From assembly GCA_028534125.1 (NCBI GenBank), contig CM052832.1, positions 19,408,001-19,472,000 on the forward strand: a DNA stretch of 64,000 nucleotides, given 5' to 3'. Position numbers and translations under genes: made by a program. The DNA is from Lama glama (lineage: Eukaryota). This document shows positions 13,240 through 25,464 of this stretch, one piece after another. Each line of letters begins with the position of its first letter. The stretch's first letter is position 1. Under the pieces are notes generated by a model. The model searched no databases and was not told where the DNA came from. It was given only the letters and a program-made list of their open reading frames with translations.

Positions 13240-14340
13240 AGGATAAGCAGGGAGAGACTGGTGATGACTAGGCTAGGCATTGATTAGCAAATGGAATTTC
13301 AGCAGGTGGAGAAAGGGGAGGGCATTTTAGGCATGGGGGTGGCAAGAGGAGCAAAGGCGTGGAAGAGGGTTCAGAGTGTGTTTTGGGAATGGAGAGGTAG
13401 GCTGGTTCGACTAAAGTCACAACAAGGGGTCTGGGTGGAAGGAGTGTTGGTGGGAGATGAAGGAAGAAGTAAGCAGTGGGTGGTCACAGAGGTCCTTGTA
13501 GACAAGCTTAAGAGTTGGGATTCATCATTCAGTGGTGTAGGCCGAAACCCAATAGCAGAAGACTGAGGAGAAGATAGGGTGGGAGGAAGTAGGAATATGA
13601 TGGAGAGCAGAGCCAGACACCAGATAGTGTTTGGTTGGGCTGAAGTGTCAAGGGGGAAGTTGAAGACACCAGATGGGATTGAAGGGTCCTGGATGTTTAG
13701 TGGAACAAGTAGAGGCAGCAGGACTTAGCTTTATAAAAGGCTAAGATCCTTCTTCTGAGACAGGCAGCAATGGAGAAAAGTGAAGATGTGAATGAGGTGG
13801 GTTATGGAGGAAAGGGAGGTTGAAAGCCTTGAAGCCTCTTGGCCTCTACTTTCTTGAAGTTTGGAAGGAAATGATTCGCTGAGAGTGAGTGTGCCTGGAG
13901 TGGGATTTTAGGGTTTAGGATGAGAGGTAGGGATTTGGACAATCCACTGTGGGAAATGCAAGAAATAGTTGATTTGGGAGGGGGTGGCCGGTGCCAAGGC
14001 CCTGTCTTGTCTCAGGTGAAGATGCCCGGCGGGGCCCGGTAGTTCTCGGTACAGCAGCCTGGACCCTGGAAACAAAAAGAGGGAAAGACAACTAGACGCA
14101 CCCAGATACAAGGGGCTCAGGAGTCGAGGGTGCTGGTGCAATGTGGCTGGTGCAGGTGCAGAGAGGAAGTGAAGTCGAGAAAAAGTTGACGGAGTCAGTC
14201 TTAAGAGAATAGGATAGGGTCGGGTTCCTGGTAGGGACCCAGAAACTCTAGGGAGCAGGTGAGATGAGAGTGAGTCAGGAGAGATGACCAAAGACTGTTG
14301 TGGCTGCAGGGGAGGGCACTTTGAGGTTCAAGATTTTATA
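13240..14340 (-). mobile_element. L2 remnant(s)
   Basis: Purine-rich tract with L2-antisense motifs (gagggcattttaggc...gcaaaggc...gtgtgttttgggaa...ggagatgaag). Boundaries approximate. Confidence 0.6.
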
Positions 14341-14669
14341 GGATTATTTTATTTTTGTTTAACAGGAAGTAATTGTTTAAAAACGTTGCCTTAAAATTCT
14401 CATACTAGCTCAACAGTTTCTATTGTTGGCACAGATGGTGAGCAGTCTGCCCAGGGCTTAAAGGAGATTTTTCTTGAGAGCTCGGTTAAGGCCATATGAT
14501 GTTAATAGAGGGAGAAGCCAGTGTGTTTGTGTAAGTGGAAAAAAAGCAAGGTTTTAGCAAAGGCACAAGAGGTCTCAGCCAGTTCCCTGGAAACCTGTAG
14601 TTTTTCCTCATGGGGGAAAAAAACCCCACTAACATAAGCTCAGTGATTTGTATTTCTTTGCTTTTAAAG

Positions 14670-14746
14670 GTAAAACCAGTAATCCACAGCAGGATCAATG
14701 TGTCAGCTCGCTTTAGAAAACCGCTTCTGGAACCCTGCACTATCTT
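14670..14746 (+). CDS. DCDC2: DCDC2 coding exon (3rd coding exon by comparison with human), 77 nt, phase 0 to 2
   Basis: Acceptor tttctttgcttttaaag|GTAAAA, donor ATCTT|gtaagt. Translates VKPVIHSRINVSARFRKPLLEPCTI(F), matching the recalled human DCDC2 sequence VKPVIHSRINVSARFRKPLQEPCTIF. Confidence 0.97.
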
Positions 14747-14886
14747 GTAAGTGGGGGCTCTTTACATTTTGAGTTGAAATTGGTGTGGTGGTTTCCTTTT
14801 GGTTTAGGATTTATTTTGTAGTTTTAAAGGCATAAATGTGTCAAATGGTTTGCCTTGCTGGCTCCTGTTCTTTTTTTTCCCCCTAG

Positions 14887-15018
14887 CTTAATTGCAAATG
14901 GAGATCTCATAAACCCAGCTTCACGACTCCTCATCCCTAGAAAGGCCTTGAATCAGTGGGATCACATACTACAAATGGTCACAGAAAAAATAACTCTGAG
15001 GAGTGGGGCTGTCCACAG
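14887..15018 (+). CDS. DCDC2: DCDC2 coding exon (4th), 132 nt, first half of the second DCX domain
   Basis: Acceptor ttttttttccccctag|C, donor CACAG|gtatgt. Translates (F)LIANGDLINPASRLLIPRKALNQWDHILQMVTEKITLRSGAVH(R), also visible inside ORF 14855..15064. In frame with both neighbouring exons. Confidence 0.98.
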
Positions 15019-15099
15019 GTATGTTGAAGGAATCTTGCAAGTGGTCGGGTTTCAGAATTGTTGAGGATATTCCCAGGAGGCTCTGGGGTCACTGGTCCC

Positions 15100-15270
15100 T
15101 AGATTTGAATTTCAGGTCATCAGTTAGGCTCTATAGGCCTCAGTTTCTCTATCTGTAAAATGGGCATATAATTGTACCTACCTTGTAGGGTGTTTTAGGA
15201 AGGAATTAATCCGCATAAAGGACTTAAAACAGTCCCTGGCACCGAGGAGCTCATCCACAAACATTAACTA
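15100..15270 (+). mobile_element. MIR SINE
   Basis: MIR core gcctcagtttctctatctgtaaaatggg...gtacctacc...aaggacttaaaacagtccctggcac. Confidence 0.8.
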
Positions 15271-16060
15271 TTTATATTCTTTGGCACATGTAGTAGCACA
15301 TCAACAAGTATTAACTACTTTTATTCTTTTGATTTAGAGGAAATAGGCAAGCATCCACATTGTTTTAGTCGAGAAAGACTTTTTTTTTTTGAGTGAGCCA
15401 GCTTCTTGGCTCTTAATGTCTAAACTGTCCTTTGCACAGAAGATATTTATGATTATTTGATAGTCCAAATTATTTGCCTCAGCTATCAGGAGGTGTCAGT
15501 GATTTTAAGAAGGCGACAGGTTAGAGAAGATAATTAAGTGGGGTTGCCTCAACCTGAGAAATCAGAAATATTTTTCTCACATTCTGAAATTTAAGTGAAG
15601 ATTAAAATCATGGCTTTTAACTTGTGAAGCCTATGAAATTATACCTTGATGGAGATGACTTATCTATTATCTCATAGTGGGAAGGGTCCAAATACCATAG
15701 ACTTGTTCAGAATGTATTGAGAATATAAATATAGTATGTGACACACAGAGAGTTGAAATTCAGTGAGGAGTTTTCTGGTAGTTCTTGAATCCTATCCTCA
15801 CCCTGTCTCTCTAACAGACTCCATTGGTAGACACAGGATAAAATAAATTCTCAGATGATTGTTTATTATGTTTTTCAGTTAAATGTGGGTACAGATTACT
15901 GTAGGCATATTTACATATATTTATATATATAGTTTCACAACCAGTTTGATTTTAAATATTATTGTTTTAATTGAAAGTAATACTTTAAATGTGGTAAAAA
16001 AAAATTCAGATAGGACAAAAATATAAATAAAGACTATTTTTCCCACCTCAGGCTCCCCAG

Positions 16061-16206
16061 TTCTTCTTTTTTAAAACTTTTTTTGTTCCAGAGGGGAGAC
16101 AAATAGGTTTATTTACTTATTTACTTTCAACGGAGGTATGAGGTATTGAACCTAAGACCCTGTGCATGCTAAGCACACAATCTGCCACTGAGCTACATCC
16201 TCCCCC
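16061..16206 (-). mobile_element. Vic-1-type tRNA-derived SINE (camelid)
   Basis: Minus strand reads ggggaggatgtagctcagtggcaga...gcttagcatgcacagggtcttaggttcaatacc...taaataagtaaataaacctattt plus an A-rich tail, with A and B boxes. Degenerate TSD gttcttcttt / gtccttcttt. Confidence 0.85.
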
Positions 16207-17462
16207 ATCTGTGGTCCTTCTTTCCAGTACCTTTCTGCATCATTGCAGGGTGGAAACACATAGATCTTTTGTTTCTTAAAACGCAAATGGAGGGGGATGA
16301 TGTAACATCCTACAATTCCCAGGACAGCCTCTCTACCTCTCCCCCAAATGTCAATGTTCAGAAACCCTGGTCTAGGTCAAGGCAGGAAAACTTGTAAGGA
16401 TTGATGTACAGTGTTACAAAGAAAGAGACTTCAACATCTTCATACTCATGCAACACAAACACATTATAGGGGTTTTGGTGGCTTTTTTTGTTTTACTTCT
16501 TGGCTCCATATAATATGGCCATTTACATAATCAGTAAACAAGCAGATAGGTCAATGGATTTGTTATTATTATTTTTTGCAAATATCACTACCCTTAATTA
16601 CATAATATAAGAAGCATTAGAGTTTTTAAAACTATTATCTTAAAACCCTTCCTGTTACTAACATTTGTTTATAACCTTCAAAAATACGCATTGGCTTTCC
16701 GCTGTAGTTTTCTAATAGTCTGTTGTTTCCTGTTCTTTAAAAAAATTCTGCGGCCACTTTAAATCGTCTATCAAAGTTATCACTGTTCTTTTAAAGAGTA
16801 ACGTATTAATTGTAGTTCACAACAGCAGTTTTACAGTAAAGGGAGGTTCTTGTGAAATCCCTGGATTCTGGGAAGATGAGGGAAGGCAAAAAAAAGAAGA
16901 AAAGAAGCATGAATGCTATGTGGTTCTGCATCATTAACACTGGCAATGGGTTCTTTGACCTCCTGCCCTCTCACCTCTTGTTTTCTGACCCAGTTCTGTG
17001 TGTTTGGATGTAAAATTTTGGCTGAGAGCCACTCTTGCATGGAATGCAGTAAGATGCTTGTCCACCTGAGCAATGCATTAAGAAAATAAATTTTAAAAGC
17101 ACTCACAGAATAGGAATACAGCAAACATCAGTGGAAGCTGAGCTTCATTTAAAGCATCACATTCTCTACAAGTTAATTCTTCCCCTCTAAAAACTAAATA
17201 TGGCAGCAATAGGGGATCCTTATGTTAGGTTGTCAGGTTTCCTGGGATAAAACATTGTACAGCTAGACAATAACTGCATCTCCATTGTAACACTGGCGTT
17301 TAGCTAAGTCTAATGACTGAGGCATTTATAATTCAGGAATTAGCATCGTAACAAATGAGCCAACTTAAGAACAGAGGGGTTTTTTTTAATTGACTTTGTG
17401 ATTTGAAGCAGTTCTTTCAATGCTTGTTAAAATGTTAATTGCTGGCATTCATATTTTGGCAG

Positions 17463-17609
17463 ACTTTATACTTTAGAAGGAAAACTGGTTGAGAGTGGGG
17501 CCGAGCTGGAGAATGGGCAGTTTTACGTGGCTGTCGGCAGAGAAAAGTTTAAGAAATTGCCTTACGGTGAATTACTTTTTGACAAGTCAACGATGAGACG
17601 GTCTTATGG
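17463..17609 (+). CDS. DCDC2: DCDC2 coding exon (5th), 147 nt, second half of the second DCX domain
   Basis: Acceptor atattttggcag|A, donor TATGG|gtaagt. Translates (R)LYTLEGKLVESGAELENGQFYVAVGREKFKKLPYGELLFDKSTMRRSY(G), containing the DCX-type LYTLEG...YVAVG.EKF motif. Confidence 0.98.
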
Positions 17610-19363
17610 GTAAGTTTTCATCCTCACTCACTTCTTCAGATTTTATTTATCACTTGAAATAGCATTGAGTCTTATGCTGCACACTGGTATATTTTACATA
17701 ATCTTATTTATCAGTTGGAATGGAAAGCATGTATAATTACATTAATCAGCGTTTATTTTGCCATGATTGGAGATTGAGAACTATTGCATAAAACTATAAT
17801 TTTGGGGAATCTGAGAAAGACTACTTGGTATTTTTTTGACAATTCACTTATGAATTTATAATAAATATAAAAATTAATTTTTGTGAAAAAGTTACAGGGC
17901 AGTGAGCTTCTATACAGCATACATTATTAGAAGTTTTAATAATGTTGGAATGGGTTAGCTAGACCAAATAATTTTTCAGTTGGAGCATACAGAAACATCT
18001 ATAGGTGTTTAAAAGAGAACACTTTATACTTCGAAAAATATTAAAATAGTAAAATATAGAAATGCTATAATTCCTTTTGTGTACCAATAAGTAGAGCAGC
18101 TGGGTGAATAGTTATTACATGCAAAACTTTAAAGATTGCACTTTTAGTTACACGTAGGGCACAGTGAACTTTTTTCCCTCCGTGAAATGTTATGCATTTG
18201 TGAAGAATGCCTTATCTCAGTCCAGTAGATGAACTGCAGAGGCAAGCATCTGCATGAAGAGCCTTGGCCCCTGGCAGACGTGGGGGGACCCTCCCCCCTC
18301 CTCGTTTTCTCTTGGTGCCCTGAGATCCGTCTCTGCTGCTTTTCCGTGTCCACTTTGCTAGGAAACTGACTTTTTGTAGTTCTCCTTTCCTACGGTGGGT
18401 GACATGTGGCTGGGACAGAGCAGAATGTCGCCAATTTGTTCTCCCTTAACTTGCGATTTGTGTAGCTTGATGGAGAGGCTCGCTGAGAGTTTCTAAGTAA
18501 GTAATAGTCGCAATGGAATTTCAGGGGTGGTGTTTGAAGTATGCAAGAGCACATGGTTTTCGAGAACTTTAGAATTATTTACCAGCAGACTTCTTGCTAA
18601 CCATCCTTGCCCATCCATGAAATCAGATCCTTTACAACCTCTGCTCAGCAGCACGGGGTTAGGCTGCTCTGAGCTGCAGTACCCACTGCCCTGAGCCCCT
18701 GCACTGGTACTTGATGGCAGCGGGAAAACTGTAGCTCATGGTGGCCTCTCAGACACCTTAGTAAGGTTTTCCTTTATCTATGTGTCCTCTTGGTTTCAGA
18801 GAAGTTCAACTGGGTTTCAAGATGGATCTTTTCCTATAACAGAGATATCTGGGAAATAACTTATTCTTATAGCCAAATAGAACTTTTTACTAACTGATTT
18901 AGAAACTCCCTGAATATAAATGTGAGCATTTTACCATTCTGCACTTCTATTAGTAGCAGATATTATAGATATTATAAAAACAACAGAAGTTTATCATTTT
19001 AAACTCAATCTGACAAAATCATTACTCAGCTTGGGAAATGACTTTTTGAAATGCAAACAGAAAATTTAGGTAGAGATTTGATTAAAAATGCCATGAAAAA
19101 ATTTAAGGTGGTACTACATTTATTTTTAAGCATCAATTAAAATCCTATACAGGTAAACATTACAAAATCTTTTGGAATGGAATTTGAAAATATTATGGTG
19201 GTCTTTGTGAAACTGGGAAAGTTTGTGGTACTTTTTGTGAAATACCGATGTCAGGAAACAGTTGGGTTCCAGGTTGGGATGATAAGTTGAAATGACAGTT
19301 ACCTTGCCTTAAATATTATTTGTGAACATGTTCAGATTTTTAAATTGCAATTTGTTTCCGCAG

Positions 19364-19418
19364 TCAGAAAGCCTCTTCACTACCTCCTATTGTAGGATCC
19401 AGAAAGTCTAAAGGGAGT
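19364..19418 (+). CDS. DCDC2: DCDC2 coding exon (6th), 55 nt
   Basis: Acceptor tttgtttccgcag|T, donor GAGT|gtaagt. Translates (G)QKASSLPPIVGSRKSKGS, identical to the recalled human DCDC2 segment. Confidence 0.97.
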
Positions 19419-20299
19419 GTAAGTATCAGATGCTTTGCTTATTCACGTTCTGTATTTCTGTGTGATACGGAGAGATTGTCCTTTGGGTTCAATTAAGTTC
19501 GAGGAAATAAAACTTAGCCACCTTGTGGTATATAAGCAATTTTGTGAAACAACACTAGAACATTAGCATTACAACTAAGTTTCTAAAGGAGAGTTAACAT
19601 TAAAAAAATATGGATTTCAAAATAGGTATCTTTTTCCTTATATAGAGACCTGATAAAATTCATAAGATGGTTGAAATCTAGGTGATAATAACATAAATGA
19701 GTAGAAATACTGTATTAGGTCACATCAGTGGTCTACCCAGTCTTGTTTTCTATCACTGACAAAGACTAAAAAGGAAGTTTATATAACAAACAGTAATCCT
19801 CAGTTATATTTCTTGAAAAGAATGAGGATCATTCCAAATATCTAGCTCCCTATCAGAATCTTTTCCATCCATCCATCCATCCATCATTCATTCATTTGTT
19901 AATTCAGCAAACGTCTATTAAATACCCGTTATATGGAAACTGTGACAAGCATTTAGGACTTTGGAGTGGAATCTCTTCTGCGTACCCTGCAAATAGGAGC
20001 TCATTAACTCTCACAGTACAGCTGGAAAGGCGATGTTTGATCAGAGACCAAGTGTAGCTGAATAACCAACCCAGGTCACAGAGAATGTTCATGTCAGAAC
20101 CAAGATCATGACTCAACTCTTTGTATTCACAATGACTGAACTTTGGGATTGTGTGCTTACTATTCTGAAAGTTGGAATGTCTAATTTTTTTTTATTAAAA
20201 ATGTGTAATGTGCTTCCCATTTTAAAATTCATGTATAGAAGGCACTTACGTGCACCTTTCTTGCTCACTTGTTTAGAAGTTCTTTAGAATCTGCTGTAA

Positions 20300-21730
20300 A
20301 TACTGGGTCAACTAATGATGATTGGCTAAGGCTTCTGTGTGTCTGGCATGGAACTAAGCCCCAGAGAGGTGGTATTGAGCAAAAGACACAACAGTCTCTT
20401 AGGTCTGGCCTGCCCAGGGAGACAAAGTTAAACAGGTGATGCCACCAATCAGTATATAATTACAAAGTATGATTAAAGTGAAAGAAAAGTATAGAACAGT
20501 ATGAGAGGCAATAAAAGGAGAACTTACTTAGATAGGTGTGTCAGGAAAGGCCTCTTTGAGGAAGTGACCCTTAAAGACCCAAAGTTATCTGTTTCCATCT
20601 TATAGAAAGCAAAGAGTCAAAATTCTATTTCCAGGCTATGACTTGGAAAAATACAATGATAGCCAAGTTTGTCATTCTTCCCACGATGCTACCAGGCATT
20701 CTGTAGTTCCACCCGTCCATTCATCTGCTCATCTGGTCATCCATTCAACGTGTGTTTAGTGAGCACCTACTGAATGCCAGGAACCACTCCAAGCAACTGG
20801 CGTAGGTTGGTGAACAGACAGACAAGTTTTCAGACCTCACAGAACTTTTGTGCTACTGGCTGTGTCTGTGTGGGGGTGGGGAGGGCGGAAGAGCAGAGGT
20901 AGACAGGCTATCAATCTCTAAACAAATATATAAACCATTTCAGGTGGTTATGAGTGCTCTGAGGAAAATAAAGTGTGACCGGGCACTAATTAATATAAAA
21001 TTCTCTGAGGCTGAGCTCTTCATGGTGGGCAGGAACCAGTCATACAGGGCAGAGGCAGGGGAGAAAGGGCATCCATGGAAAAGGAAAGGGTCACGAAGGC
21101 GCTTGGTAAAGAGCTTGACGTGTGAGGAGGGCGGAAGCAAGGCTGGAGGGAGTGGTCTGAGATGACACTGGAGAGGTAGGCAGGGACCACGAGGAATTTG
21201 GATTCTATTCTTTATTGGGATAACATTTATGGGGTGAAAGAAGGGAGTGGTTGTCACTTGAGATACATTTTGAAAAGATCTCTGGTTGTGGTGTGTACAG
21301 AGAAGTGGGTCAGGATGAGAACAGAAGCAGGAGGCAGTGGGATGGCTGGAGTCCAGGTGATGGTGCAGGTAACCCGCCAGGAGGACAGGGGGAGACAGAA
21401 TCTGTTCTAGCTCTTCCAGCCTATTGTAACTGTCTGTTGTCACTGATGGACACATTCATCCACTAGCCATTTATTGAGCACATATTATGTCCTGGGCACT
21501 GTTTTAGTGCTTGTGGGGAAGGGGCAGCAGAGAGTTCAGAGAAAACTGTAAATGTATTAAGTCTGCTTTCTGGAGGAGGAAAAAGACAAACAAATACACA
21601 TTTGGTATTAACCAGAGATAAGCTTGAAGAAAAATACATCCAGATACGGGAAGAGAAAATGAGAGAGGGTGCAGGATCCTCAGGGTGGTCGGGGGGCCTC
21701 TTTTAGGAGGTTATACTTCAGCAGAGCGGA
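20300..21730 (-). mobile_element. Cluster of L2 fragments
   Basis: Repeated L2 3'-end antisense motifs (cattcaac...gagcacctactgaatgccagg; catttattgagcacatattatgtcctgggcactg; tcaggaaaggcctctttgaggaagtgac). Confidence 0.7.
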
Positions 21731-24539
21731 GTAACGCACCAGGCACACAGTAGGGTCTCAGTAAACCTGTTATCGGATGTGCCTGACTGTCAGCCGCACA
21801 GGGAGACCATTTCATGTCAGGAGTTCCAAAGTCACAAACTCAGTTTCTAACAGAAGGATCAATTTGCTCCTCTCCTTCAACTGATTGATCCCCTGGAGAA
21901 TGTACATGTCTTTAAGATCATTAACTGCTTGGCACTGAGTGGAGGTGAAGGAGTCTATGGGAGAGCTGGCTTAAAACTTTAGGGAACACCCTCAAATCAG
22001 CGGGAAAGCATCCCTGAACTCGCGATGCAAATCAAAGGGGACACAGAGCTGGACTTTTAGGAATTCCTTTCTCCACACAGCTTTCTAGGAATTGCTGTAT
22101 TGCATAATGAAAGGGGGTGTGGGTAGGGGCCTGATAGAATTTAGAAAAAAAAAAAAGAGAGAAATCTGCTAGTGTGCATAGGGGTCCCTTGCTGTGTGTA
22201 AGTGACTGGTCAGCAGGGGCCCGCCCTTGCAGTTGGAGTGTGGGTAACGAGGGGTTTTGGGGCCCAAGTTGACCCTTTCAAAACAGCCAGGGATGCCGTG
22301 TGCAAAGCAGGACAAGATCAGAAGTCATCCCTTACACAGACTCCTAGTGCTGGGGGAGTCACAGAAATGAGCACATCAAGAATAATTTTACATTGCAGTT
22401 GTAGCCCTGAAAACAGAAGGAAGATGTAAGTGAATTGTTCGAAGTTCTATTAAGGTTGCAAAATAAACCCATCGGCAGAAGACTGTTCTCTCGCTGTGGG
22501 GTCACACCACGCAGAATCCAAGCACCCTCTAGTGGAAAAGACATGAAATCAGGGAAGTATTTGAAAGTTAAAGCAAAGGCTGCATTAAATCGTCTTTAGT
22601 TGTTCTTACTACCATGCGGCTGATATATCTTGTGATCAGCAATTTACAGATTCAGATATTACAATTACTAAAGTTTTAGTTAAAAAAATATGATTATCCA
22701 TGTGTCACAAAGTCACTGTGAAGCAAGATAAATTCTGAATGCCCCCCAAACTCCATTTTGCCTTTTGCAGAAACTGAGTCCAGTTTGGCCATCACCAGAT
22801 ACGCAAGTGAGAGAGATGCCTGTCTGAGTCTGAGTCCCGTCTCCTGCTCAGAAGGAGATTGCTACCTGATTTCTGCTCCTTTGGGAGAAAGCCATAATCT
22901 GGTACTTCCAGGTGGCTTTTTAAGGAACCACACTATCTAACAGCTGTTTCTAATGCCTTAGGGAGTAGGAAGCCTCAGTGTAGTGGAAAAATCAGACCTG
23001 GGTGACCTTGAGAAAGTTAATTCCTTTATCTATAAAATAGTGATAATAATACATATCAAAAATTTGGTAAATACTTGTTTCATGGGTATTTAGCACATGA
23101 GGTACTCAATAATACTGTTTTCTCAACTAGCATAGCTGTAGGAGATGGCAAATCTCCCCCATTCCCTGTGCCCCACAAACAGCAATGACTGTCTCTTCAT
23201 GTACCTGAGTTATAAGTCACAGGTGGACGGCTCAAAAAAGAAAGGTCCCTCTCTATTCCTTTACCCTTCTCTCTTTCTATTAATTTATTTGTTATCTCTA
23301 ATTTATATGATTATGTAAATAAATATGAGTATATGTAATTTATATTATATAATTTATGTTTGTATTAATTTATTACATATGTATTTTATATTTTTAGGCA
23401 CATCAACATGTTTCCTCTTTTAAGAAGAAAAGCATTTAAATTCCTTCCAGTCTGCTAATTACAAAACAATTCCTCCCTTTCTCTCCGTTTAATTTAGTTC
23501 TTACTGACAAAGTGCCTGATGGTTAGTCTGTAATCGATATTTTGAGTGCCTGAGTGTCAGTTACCGAAGCCATGCCTTGTATAGTTATTGGAAGCAACTA
23601 GTCTTTCTTGATGCTCCAAAACCACCCTTTTGGGTGTCCTTCTCAGAAGTGTAGTGAATCGAACTTCCTGTATATTCAACAAGAGAGTTGGTTTTTAAAA
23701 TTGTGTGAATCCTCAGGGACTCCAGAGTGGTGCTTCTGCATCTCCCTTGTTAAGCCCCTTTAGTGACTAAGACTTTTCCCAGAGAGCTGTAAAAAACACT
23801 TATGCTGAAATCCAGAATTTCCCATTCTTTTTCATTTCAGTCCTCGAAAGATCAACAGCATCTCTGAACATTCTAGGAGGCTTGTTAGAAGGGTCTCTCC
23901 TCTCATTCAAGGCTTTGAAAGTTTTAAAATCTTGGGATGAATAGATTCTTTTGAAAATAGAATAGAAGTCCTGGCTGATGGTTCCTACTCACAGGATGGT
24001 TTTGGAATCTCCAACTAGAATCATATGAGCTGTTTCTCCTGCTGTTTTATGGTCTTTCAAGAAAGAATCATTGAAGAAAATGAAAGGAAAAAAACCCAAC
24101 TCTTGTTGCAGTTAATGCAATAATTAAATGAAAACTATGTTTAAATTGCAATTGGAATAGGAAATTAAATTATGCAAAAAAATGTTATAGATTTGGACAA
24201 GTTTTCATAGTGTTAACTAAATCGATGCATAATTAATTTTCTTGTAGGCGATGACAAAATAGCATAAATAACTTCACTTGTAAGGCTGTGAATTTTTCTG
24301 TTCTTAATTGGATGACAGCTAAAACTAAGTGCTTCTGGATGACTGAATGTATAAATGTTTAAAACGAGCAGTTATAATAGGTTTCTAGGCAGATTTGTTT
24401 ATTTAATATTGCTACACTTATTTTCAGATATTAGCATAGTACAGATGTTGCATAAAGATTGCATTTGATATGGAGTGATTATGACTTTAAAGAAATGAAT
24501 ATTAACTCTCTGCTCTTGGAGGAATCACTCTGATAGTCA

Positions 24540-24740
24540 TTGAACAAAAACTACATGCCAGGCACTGTACTAGTTACTTTATAAATGTTACCATTTCATC
24601 CTCATGATGGACCTAAAGGCAGGCACATTAACCCCATTCAGTTGATAAGGAAAGAGGCTCAAAGAAGGTAGGCGGTAGTCAGCCCAAGTTCCCATTGTGG
24701 TTAGTGGCAGGGCAGTGGCTCTGAGTCAGGTATTTTGGGT
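24540..24740 (-). mobile_element. MIR SINE
   Basis: tgccaggcactgtac...ccccattcagttgataaggaaagaggctcaaagaaggt...gcccaag, the antisense MIR core. Confidence 0.7.
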
Positions 24741-25090
24741 CTCTCAAACTTGCATTCTTTCTGCCACCTGCTGCTTCACACCTTACACACTCAGGTAAGT
24801 GTAGCACCTGAACACCCAAAGGCCAAGGCTGTCTTGTCAGGAGGGCATTTCTTGCTGCAGCAAAGGCCAAGCAGCGGCTAAGGATCAGCACAGCTGTTCC
24901 CTGGTTACTTACAGCAGCCACACTGCAGTGGCTCCCCGGAGCTGTGCTGGGCCAGTGACAGGAGCCACTGAACTTAACCTCATCTTCGTACTGAGAAGTT
25001 CACTGTGCAGATGCAAGGTCTTCATTTCGGGAGGCACCTGGCAATCAGAAAGTATGGTCAACCTTTCCAGAAGGAATGGGGGGCATGTGG

Positions 25091-25170
25091 TCTTTTTTTC
25101 TTTTTCTTTTGTTGAGGTATAGTCAGTTTACAATGTTATGTCAATTCCTGGTGCACAGCATAACGTGCAG
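25091..25170 (-). mobile_element. Very short L1 3' terminus
   Basis: T-tract followed by gttgaggtatagtcagtttacaatgttatgtcaattcctggtgcacagca, the same L1 3' end seen at 30621 and 60261. Confidence 0.75.
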
Positions 25171-25301
25171 TAGCAGAATCAGGGCGATAACCCTGTCTCC
25201 CGCCCCTGCTCTGTTTACCCCTAGTTAAATGCTTGTATCAAATCGTAATCATGCAGATGGCTCATCAGCCAACGGTGAGGGTCTCATCTTTTGTCCTGTA
25301 G

Positions 25302-25464
25302 GGAAATGACCGCCAATCTAAGTCAACAGTCGGATCCAGCGACAACTCATCTCCTCAGCCCGCAAAGAGGAAAGGGAAAAAAGAAGACGTGACTTTGGAA
25401 AAACCCACGAAAGGGAAGCAAAGTGTAAAGTTAAAGAATTCGCCACAAACAGTTCCAAACACTG
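25302..25464 (+). CDS. DCDC2: DCDC2 coding exon (7th), 163 nt, start of the low-complexity C-terminal tail
   Basis: Acceptor catcttttgtcctgtag|GGA, donor ACTG|gtaagt. Translates GNDRQSKSTVGSSDNSSPQPAKRKGKKEDVTLEKPTKGKQSVKLKNSPQTVPNT, close to recalled human GNDRHSKSTVGSSDNSSPQPLKRKGKKEDVNSEK. Confidence 0.97.

Noticed and set aside
1..14669. Equivalent of the human DCDC2 intron-2 READ1 purine-rich compound repeat
   Set aside because: No (GAGAGGAAGGAAA)n/(GGAA)n array is visible. Only part of that intron is in the window, so absence from the locus cannot be concluded.
20940..21455. Longest ORF in the track (171 aa, minus strand)
   Set aside because: It lies within L2 remnants, has biased P/L/S composition and no recognisable domain.
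25271..25301. Donor-like ACG|GTGAGG just upstream of the 163-nt exon, suggesting an extra cassette exon
   Set aside because: It is only 27 nt from the real acceptor, too short for a spliceosomal intron.
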